DNA from: Seison nebaliae
Taxonomy: Eukaryota
Direction: 5' to 3'
DNA length: 64,000 bases
Assembly: GCA_023231475.1 (NCBI GenBank)
Contig: JALJEE010001544.1
Location: 1 to 64,000, forward strand
A model generated the notes under the pieces. It was not told the DNA's origin. It saw only the letters and a program-made list of their open reading frames with translations, and ran no database searches. Shown here in pieces: positions 36,601 through 46,746 of the stretch. A program made the translations under genes and the position numbers. Position 1 is the stretch's first letter; the number at the start of each line of letters is the position of its first letter.

Positions 36601-39600
36601 AACAGCTATTGAAAGATCTCAAAATCAACAAAAGTTTATAGACAGATCTCAGAATTTCTCAGATCGATCAATTTCTTACAATCCAAATAATCAATTCGTT
36701 CAATCGAAATCATATTTCCGTCCATCTAAAATGGCAACTCCTGACGTCTTCCGTCGACCATCCGTTCGTCCAGAAACGAATAATTCGTTCAATTCTTCTT
36801 CCCGTTCTACTTACCGCTCAGTTGACGTTCCTAGACATCGTACCGCTTATCGATCAGATGAATCGGTCGACGAATCATCATCATATCTTAAGAGACGAGA
36901 TCATTCATTTAATACGACATTACATCAATTGAATACGACGAATAATATGGAACAATATCGAAATTATCAGGATGATAAGAATGATCAGCAATTACGACGA
37001 AGAAATCATGCTGGCAACGATATTGAAGAACGAAGAGAATATTTAAAGAAATTGTTATTGAAACGACGTGACGAATATATTGAAGTGATGATGAAAAAGA
37101 GAAAGGAGAATATTTTAAGTTCATACGAAAAGGAGAATAAATTGAAGAGGAAAAATGAACTAATTGCAGGAGCGGATCGTTTGGGTGGCGATGACGTAAG
37201 TTCAGATTATCGATCAGAAGACGCTGGAGTGAATGTGAAAGAGAAAGAGAAATTTCAAGAAAAATTATTAAACGGTCCTACACCAGCATGGAATATACCG
37301 AGAAAAGTAGAAGATAAGGAGACTTATGAGCAGCGAGTTGGTTTCTTCAAATTCTCGTTACAAATCCTCAAAATTTTCACTTATGTCGTTCTCTTCACTT
37401 TGGTTTTGGTGAGTTGTATCTTGAGTAAATTATCATTATTGACGGTAGCGAAAGGAATCGCAGTTGCCGACGATAAATTGCAAAGACGAGATCGTTGGAT
37501 TTGGATGATGTTAATGATCATCATTTCTCCTTATCTCTTATCATTCGTTGAAAGTTTATTCAAATGTCTCTTTGGGAAGAAGACTTGGCCTTCGGCAAAA
37601 ATTTTGGCTTTAGTCTTAACAGCCGATACGTTATACGCTTTAGGGATAGTTTTATTCGTGTTGGAATTACTACCTCGATTATCAGGAGTTCGTAGTATCT
37701 TATTAATGAATGCATGTTGTGTAGCACCATCAATTTTCAAATTGTTATTAGGTAAATCACCACGACGATTTACTGACACAAATGATCGAAGTAAATTGAA
37801 GACGAAAGTTTCCAATTGTTGTCATCGATTCACTACATTAATTTTCGATGTTATTGCTGTCGCTATGCAATGTAGTGTGTTCGGTGTAATTTTTGCCACG
37901 AAATATTTCAACGGAATTTCCACTCCACAAACTAATCAACAATCGATTATTGATAAAACATTTAATGATAATTTTAATAATAATAATAATGAATTTGCCG
38001 AATTGAAAAAACGATTTCGACGACAAGTCAATATCGATGAAATTTTAGAATCAGATAAAGAATTTTTTGATTTTTCTGATATGAATCAACCATCACTCCA
38101 TGATCAAGTGACACCGTTCAATAATATTTTAATGAATAATGTAAATCAATTTGGAAAGAATGAAACGATCGCAAATTCTCACGGAATTTTTGATGATTAT
38201 TTCCCAATGAATTGGGCCGTTCCTCTATCATTATTTCTCATTTCGTTTGCTTGGTGGGAAAATTTTGCTGATAGAAATTTGAAATGTTGTGCGACAGATC
38301 AACATTTATCGGAAAAAGAATTGAATCGGAAAAGACAGACACAGTCTAAATCGATTTTGCAAAATTCGAGAACTTTAAGAGAAAAGATGATAATTGCTCG
38401 TCAAAAAATTACTTTGGTGAGTTCGTCTTATAAAATTATTTTAATGTTGACATTCGCTTATGTTTTCCATCCGACGGTTTTCCATTTCCAAGAAATATTC
38501 GGAGAGAAACCAGATGTGACGACAGTGAATGATTTGAATCAAATGGTTTGGCCGGAAACAAATATTCAATATCCTCCAATCATTCCCATTTCATTGAGAC
38601 AACAATCAGATAATGCCACCGAGAAATTAGTAAAGAATTCAACAGATCTCAAAATAAAAATTGCGAAATTACCAACTGCCTTACCATCCAAACGAGAAGA
38701 AGATGTTAATCGACATAATGAAGAATTATTATTCCCTAATCTCTTCCAAAAAACTACGGAGGTATTGCCACATACAGAAATTAAACGATTACCGTCAGCA
38801 ACAAAAACGAATTGGACTCATTTGAAAAATATAAATATTGTTCCTGGCGAGGATAAGAATTTGGGATTCTTTTTTGATGATGATCCAACGAAATATTTAT
38901 TAGAGAAAACATATCAAGCTCCATTAAAGAATAATGATGAGGAAATGATGAAGAAAGTGAGAAAAAAAAGAGATGCTTTGTGGCCAAATGCTTTACCTGA
39001 CGCTTTACCTTTACCACCATTACCGACACCAGAGGAAATAGAAGAGAATACCGAATTGAGATGGATGCATTATCTTCTACCAACAATCATTCAAATTCTT
39101 TCATCATTATTCTGTTATTATTATGGACGATTAGCTTGTAAGTTATGTATGCAACGTATCGGCTTCGCTTTGCCACTCACATTAAGTACTCCGATAACAT
39201 TGGCAATCATCTTTTTAACATGTCAAGATTTCGGTATTGAATGGTTGAATAAAACATTCGCTCCTTTATCTCCATATGAATGTATTCCACTTAGTACCAC
39301 TTTAAAATGGCAATTAGCCTTAGGCCTAACTCTGTGGTGGTTGTCTGAATTATGGATTAGTGGACATGTATGGAATAGTAAGAATCAGCGATTAGCTCAA
39401 ACTGAGTCATTATTTGTCCTTCCTCAATATTGTGCCGCATTGATTGAACAATCGATGTTATTAAATCGAAGACGTCACGATCCCAGAGATCCGGCAACAA
39501 CCGCCGCTGCAATTTCACATTATCGAAAACGATGTAAACGATTGGAGAAGAAGAAACAGAAAGTGAAAGAAAGAGAACGACGTCATCGATTACATAATTC

Positions 39601-42600
39601 GAGTATTTTAAGAAGAAGGAAAGGTCGTTCGGTTCTCCAATCCGATTCGACAGTTACTGATACTTCTGATTCGTCTTTATCTAGTGATGGAATGACTAGT
39701 GAAAATGATGACGTAATGAAAGGTTATCGAGATCAAATTGGTGATTCTTATGGGCGATATTATGCGTCACATCCAATGGAACGGCAGTTGAATGGTACGA
39801 AACCGCCATCGATTTATGGTGTGGTTGATGATTTTGTTACTCATGTTCCAATCCGAATATATTCGTGTGCGACGATGTGGCATGAAACGGAGATAGAAAT
39901 GTTGCAATTATTAAAATCGATTATGAGAATTGATATCGATCAAAGTGCAAGACGGAAAGCAATCGAATATTTTGGTTTGAGAGATCCAGATTATTATGAA
40001 TACGAAGGACATATATTTTTCGACGATGCCATGTATGTTGATGAGAATGGTCATAGTCAACCAAATGAGTTCGTCTTACAATTATTATCTGTTGTAAATA
40101 AAGCTGCATGTAGTGTACATGAATGTCAAATGAATTTACCATCACCGATAATTTCACCAACACCATATGGTGGACGTTTAACTTGGACATTGCCTGGTGG
40201 AAATATTTTGATTGCTCATATCAAAGATAAACAGAAGATTAGACATAAGAAACGATGGTCTCAAGTCATGTATATGTATTATCTATTAGGATATCGATTG
40301 ATTGGTTCACTTGATTTAATTGAGAAATTATACAAAAAGAAATGGACAACTAAAAAACAGAATTCGAAACGACACGATAATTTGTTTAAAGGATTTGGAA
40401 ATCTTTTGAATAATTTAGATGATTTCTTAAGAATTAAATTAGAAAATACTTTTCTTTTGGCTTTGGATGGTGATGTAGATTTCCATCCGGAAGCTGTTCG
40501 ATTATTAATTGATCGAATGAAGAAAAATCGAAGAGTAGGAGCCGCTTGTGGTCGTATTCATCCGGTAGGATCTGGTCCGATGGTTTGGTACCAGAAGTTC
40601 GAATATGCAATTGGTCATTGGTTGCAGAAAGCGGCTGAACATAAACTTGGTTGTGTCATGTGTTCACCAGGATGTTTTTCTCTATTTCGAGGATCGTCAT
40701 TGATGGACGATAAAGTTCTCCGAGTTTATTCTACTCGATCAACAGAGGCGAGACATTATTTGCAATACGATCAAGGTGAAGATCGATGGCTATGTACTTT
40801 ATTATTACAACAAGGTTATCGTGTGGAATATTGTGCGGCATCTGATGCATTGACATATGCACCGGAAGGTTTCAACGAATTCTTCAATCAACGTCGTCGA
40901 TGGGTTCCATCAACAATTGCCAATATTATCGATTTCTTATGTGATTACGAGAATATTGTTGATTTGAATGATTCAATTTCATATTTCTATATTCTATATC
41001 AATTACTGTTAATGATTTCAACTGTGTTAGGTCCGGCAACCGTTTTATTGATGATAACTGGCGCTTATAATGCCATCATCGGAACGTCATTATGGGAATC
41101 ATTTGTTATGTCAGTCACACCAGCATTGGTCTTTATGACAGCTTGTTTCACTTTGAATACGTCAGTACAACTCAAATTAGCCGCTTGGTTGTCTTCCGTT
41201 TATGCCATTGTCATGATGGCTGTTATTGTCGGTACGACGGTACAAATTGCGGAAGATTCTTGGACGTCACCAAATGCCGTTTTCTTATTTATGTTATTCA
41301 CCATCTTTTTCATTGCCGCTGTTCTACATCCACAAGAATTTTGGTGTATTGTTTGTGGTCTTCTTTATTTCCTTTGTATTCCAGCAGCTTATCTTTATTT
41401 GATGATTTATTCATTGGTCAATTTGAACATCGTATCTTGGGGTACGAGAGAAGGAGGCTCTCAGCAATCCAATAATGTCAAGCAACAAAAAAAGAAGACG
41501 AAAAAACGAGAACCAAATGTACATCGAGCGAAAGCGATTTTTGAATCAACATCATCTTCTGGTTGTTCATCTGGTTCGGATATTTTCAGCGAAGAAGATT
41601 ATCAAGATATTAAAGAGAAAGGAATTCATGCCTGGTTAAATTCCAAATTACATCGACAAGATAAGAAGAGAAGTAAATTGTTTCGTCAAATGAAAAAGAA
41701 AGATTCGAATGAAAAGAAAATGATGGAGAATAATGGCAAATCCATCGTACCGAAATGGTTAAGAGAAGTGAAAGTTCTCGGTTGGGAAGCGAGTCGTGCT
41801 GATAATGTGGCGAGGAAGTGGTTGAAGAAATGGTTAGGAGTAGACGAAGAAGGTCTTTCTGCTTATAATAACGACAACAATTCACCAAAAGTTACTAATA
41901 GTATCATGGCACATTTATTATCATTAATGAATCGAATTGCTGATAATCATGATGATCATCATGATGAAGCTGAACGATCTGTCGCTGCCATGTTCAAAGA
42001 TAGTGATGAATATGATGAAAATAATGAGAATCACACAAATAATTATTATGGTTATGGAAATCGTTCACAACGATACGGAACAATTGGAGCGACAACGGAT
42101 TATGAGAAAGAAATTGTTCGTGATGATTTAGTGAATCCTGCGTGGATAGAACATGAGAAAATGAAAGATTTTAAAGTAGTTCAATTGAATAATGATGAAA
42201 TTCATTTTTTTCAAAAAGTTATCGATTCTTATCTTTATCCTCTCCAACAAAGTGCTGATCATAAGAAGAAAATTGCAACGGATCTCCAAGCACTGAGGAA
42301 TAACGGATGTTTCGCCTTTTTCATGATTAATACTCTTTGGATGGTTATCGTTTTCAATTTGGAATTAGTTCAAGATAAAGTTCGAGATTATATTTATGTT
42401 CCAGTTCCACGTTTAAATTACGAAGCACTTCGATTCGAACCTTTGGGATTTATATTTCTTTGTTTTTTCGCTTTAATTCTCGTCATTCAATTCGTCTCAA
42501 TGATTTGGCATCGTTATGGTACTGTAATGCATTTACTAGCGTCAACTGATTTACATTTCTCACCAGGCGGTCATGGAATGAAAGGACATATCGCTATTGA

Positions 42601-43033
42601 TGATGTTATTCAAACAGTTCGTCAACTTCAACAAATAAAAGGATTTGAAGACGAAGATTATGAAGGAAATGATAATGATGATAATAATGAAACGAACAAT
42701 AAAAATGGCAGAATCAGTGCTTATGTTAAACGGAAACATCAGAAGGAATCAAGTTTTGATACAAAGAAATCTTTAGATACCGTTTTTCGGAAACGATGGT
42801 TAGCTCTATCACATGGGAAAGGTGATGATATCAAAGCGAAACCAAATCGAGCAAGATTAGCTGATCTATTCGCTGCTCATGCTGCACGAAAATCCGAAAG
42901 TCAAGATAATGAAGCTGATTATTCCGCCTATCATCATTATCATTATGCAAGTGAAAAAATGAATAAAAGAAAAAATAAAAATTCTTCTCGACGAAGTAGT
43001 CGAGATAATTCTTCCGCACTTCATTTAGTTTAG
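30601..43033 (+). CDS. Myosin-motor-domain chitin synthase: intron-rich myosin head and IQ, linker, then chitin synthase in one 7.5-kb terminal exon (35475-43033)
   Basis: Myosin motifs: [83 protein letters not shown], and an IQ motif. Chitin synthase motifs: [37 protein letters not shown]. Phase-compatible joins 34789>35231 and 35411>35475 link the two halves; the fusion is inferred. Confidence 0.85.
33462..33991 (+). CDS. Candidate alternative first exon inside the 914-nt intron of the myosin domain
   Basis: Ser-rich ATG ORF with an in-frame stop upstream at 33435. It ends CAA AA|GTAAAA in phase 2, the same phase as the acceptor at 34098/34099. Confidence 0.55.
36317..36655 (+). repeat. 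Coding tandem repeat, 30-bp (10-aa) unit, about 11 copies
   Basis: [110 protein letters not shown]. Confidence 0.92.
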
Positions 43034-43369
43034 TTAACTTTTGTTCGAAAAATATTTCTTTTTATTATGAAAAATTAAAATAATTTAAAATTCCAATAAA
43101 CTCATTTTCTTAAAATTCCACGTCATCTCTCAATTGAATTCGTCATCATTAAGAAATGATGACTCATGTTTGCATCGCGCAAAAAATATGAAGTTTTTAA
43201 TTTTGTATGGGAGTTGGAGGTAAAATGAAATAGAAAACTTGAAGCAGCGACACTAAAACGTTGCATTGTTTAATTCATCTAATTCATCTCTATATAAACG
43301 GAGATATTTACAATAGTAATACATTATTAATTTTGAAATTTTTAGAGTCTCAATTAGTTAGTTTGGGCA

Positions 43370-44410
43370 TTGTACTGACATATTCCACACGTGTCAGTAG
43401 AATGGGCGAAAGGTCCAATCGGAATTATTCAAAAGAAAGACTGGTCGGGACAGTTTATTCTTTCTAATAAAGAAAGAAGGGATCCATTTCGTTGGCAGAA
43501 CACCGGACGACTGGTATCGCATAAAGCGAGAAATTGAAGGGAATTGGAAGGAAGGCACCAAACTTAAAGGTCACTCTCAAATCAGCCCAATGGAAAATAT
43601 TTTTCCGGAAATGTCATCGCTGGAAGATGGTTATCAAACGGACGGGAAATTTAATATTTTCCCTAATATTATGAGCGATTTATGCTTTTCCGGTAATGCT
43701 CGGGAATGAATATGGAATTATAAAAGAATCGGTTCGAATTTCCTCTATCGAAATTTTAAGTTGTTTCTTCAATTAATCAGAGAGTAACAATTCTCCTTTT
43801 GTTCCACTCCGGATATACCCACATCACATCCAAGTTGTGGCTGCTGTGATGTTGGGTGGGAACAACCAACTTTCAGGAACTACTTCTTCCCCCGGAAGTT
43901 GGAGATAATGTATTTGGGAGGTCCAATAGTTCTTGGAAAGAAAGGAAAGATAATAAGTATTCGAAGGTTGTGTCTCCCCTGGTTCGAACGAAAAAGACCA
44001 ATGAACGTCGTGGTATGGACGAAAAGGAATTACAGGACAAGCGGAAGGAATATTGCTGCTTGTCCTAAGACTTCCTTTATACACAAACGTGTTCAAATTT
44101 CTTTCTAAATTTCTTCTTCATTTCTTTAATTAATTAGCCTCGACATACTGAGAGCCGCTCGACCACAACCCATGAAAATGGAAAATATAGTCACATATCT
44201 ACTTCTCTCATTCCGAGAGACACTAAGGTGGACAACTAGCCACAAATCTGAACTATGTTTCTGGAGGAGCCTTTCCAGAAATATAGGATTGATCCAGGTT
44301 GATCAGGTTTATCAAAGGTAAACCTGATCAGCTGAAGATCAATCGAAAATATGTGATCAATCAGAAGATTGCATAAAGGAAAAGGATTTTCCCAGAATTC
44401 TGGGAAAATT
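43370..44410. other. Hairpin-rich, relatively GC-rich stretch without a credible ORF (TE remnant or structured ncRNA)
   Basis: Inverted repeats at 43373-43399, about 43817-43857, about 44022-44078, 44253-44286 and 44298-44332, plus a perfect 24-bp palindrome at 44386-44409. Confidence 0.4.
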
Positions 44411-45449
44411 AACATTTTTAATTAAAATGTTTTCGAATTTCCTAATAAAAACAGAGGAATCTGGAAAATAAGCCAAAGTCAAATGTTGGAAACATTTCCC
44501 TAAAAAAATGTTCCATCAACTATCCATACTGCAAAAGGGATCAACTGTCAACAATATATATACTGTCAACAAATATATGTCACGGTATATTTAATACTAA
44601 TGTATTAATTAAATTAGATATACTCCCATTGATAACAACCTTAAGTTTTACTGACAATCACAATGTTCCAACTACCAAACAGCGTAAATGTAACCCAACA
44701 AGAATAATTTGGAAATCCTCCAAATTAAAATTTAAACCAGTTTTTAAATTTCAAATTTTTTTCATCAAATATTCTTTTAATAAAAATTTAATTTTATCAA
44801 TCACAATCCTTAATTTATTAATTTGTTGAAAGAATAATTATTATTACAAAATAAATAATCTGAAGCAAGAGATATTGGATTCGAAATTTTTTAACATGAG
44901 TTCAGAATTTAAAGGTGTTCGGAATGAACATTCTGAGAGTACTGTTCATGATGAACAGTTCATCAGAATAATTATTCCTGCAGTAGTGCAGCGTTCCTTA
45001 TTTTTCGATAAATACATTCCTTATTCATTTTATCGTAAAAAACCGATTTTCCATTTTGTTCAAAAAAACCATACTTGGGCTCCCGAAGACGGGAGAGGTG
45101 TCGTTGGAAGAAAAATCACCATTTCAATAACAGTAGTAAAATAACTTTTTTATTCAAATGTTAACGGTCAAATTAGAAAAAGATGATGTGTCGATTTCTT
45201 ATTGGTTTATTAATGAGTTGTAGAAACATGAATCATCACTATTCAAATTCAGTCATAAACAATTCAACTATAAATAGCGAAATGACCAATTGAAATTCAT
45301 TAATATTTTTTTGTGAAATTTAAGTAGATAAAAGTTTTAATCTAACAATTGTAAATTGTAGTAACTAATTTGTTTATGTCCATAAACTTTAATTCTCTTC
45401 ACTTCTTCTTAATTATTATCTCCCCCACGAATAGAATAAAGTCTTCACT

Positions 45450-46261
45450 GATTGTAGGTGAATTGCCATTTGGTTATGAATCCAATCGATTTTTTTCAAC
45501 TTTTTTTTAAAACTTCCTTTTTTCGTAAGAAATATTTAAGATATGATGTTGAATTTAAGATATTTAGAAAGAGCTTGAAATGCTCTAAAAGATCGTGGTA
45601 AAGGTTTGGAACAGGTGGTCAAAAAATGCAGTGGTTTATTTGGTCATATTTTCTGTTGAAATTTATCTCAATATACCAGTTTTCAATTCTGAACATCGTC
45701 ATGTGCTCAGAATTTCGGCTTATGAAAAAAGATTTTTGAGTTTATATATAAAAATTTTGAACAAACTTTTTCAATTTTTTATAGAAGTAAAACATTATAA
45801 TTTAATCATTTTTCAAAATTCTGTTTCGGAAACTTTTTAAAAATTTAAATTTTTGCATTAAACTTAAAAAACTTAAAAAACTTGAAGCTTTAAAAATGCC
45901 TTTTCGTTCAAGAAAAAACTCAAATGACTTTACCCCTTCACAACATTATCGAAAAGTATTAAATAAACCTAAACCTATTACAACAGACCGTTAATCTCAT
46001 TTCATATTCTATATCTCATAATCGTACTTTTTAAATATATTTTTGTTCCTCAAAAAAATTTAAAAAAATCAACTTTTCGAAAAATCTTGAATTCATATCT
46101 AAAAATGTTTTCTTAATCTTTAACTCATCCTTCTCATGTTGTTTTTAAAGAAATTAAGTAAAATGATTAGTTTTAAAAATTGGGAAATTTAGGGAAACTG
46201 ATAGAAATCAGTGGAAAAAGGTCGACTGGATTCATAACAAACTGGTAAGTCACCTACAATC
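45450..46261. mobile_element. Non-autonomous TIR transposon (MITE), Mutator/MULE-type by TSD length
   Basis: 40-bp terminal inverted repeats at 45450-45489 and 46222-46261 (35/40 identical), flanked by the perfect 9-bp direct repeat GTCTTCACT at 45441-45449 and 46262-46270. The interior is AT-rich. Confidence 0.88.
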
Positions 46262-46746
46262 GTCTTCACTATTAAAGTTCGTAACAGTAAAAATATCAAG
46301 TTTATTTCAATTTTAAATTGGGCATCATTTGACAATCGATCTCAAACTTGTTTAACTTTTCATTCTTTCTATCTGCTCTTCTGACGGTAATCAAGACTGA
46401 ACACATGGCAAATCCGAAATTATTTTTAAAATTCTACAAGACTAGTTGTTAGGTAATATCGATATCGGTTGATTGGTAGCAGATAAACTGAATGATCAAA
46501 CTTCGATTATATGAGATTTTCAAATTTTTATGAGATAATGGATGATTCCATCGGAAGAAGTTTTCATCATTCCAATTTCCATGTGATGACGAAAATTGAT
46601 ATGGAAATTAGAAGTTTGAAACTGCGAAAAAACTGAAAAAAAATTTCTTTGAACGAAATGAGAGAAATAATGTTGAAATTAATATTTTAATTTTTTTCGT
46701 TTCTTTTTCTATTTATGTATCTTATTAATAAGGGAATTGAAGAAAA

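Noticed and set aside
36317..36655. Regular 30-bp periodicity as a CRISPR-like array
   Set aside because: It is a degenerate in-frame coding repeat in a eukaryotic exon with no repeat-spacer structure.
43373..43420. Faint resemblance of GGGCGAAAG..CCAATCG to a conserved LSU rRNA segment
   Set aside because: The match is short and the flanks do not continue any rRNA similarity.
44325..44365. CTGAAGA...GAAA as a possible minimal hammerhead ribozyme
   Set aside because: Stem II and stem III cannot form and no properly placed NUH cleavage triplet is present.
45450..46261. Two inverted paralogous mini-genes (IVGELPFGYES and IVGDLPVCYES)
   Set aside because: The perfect flanking 9-bp direct repeat shows these are transposon TIRs.
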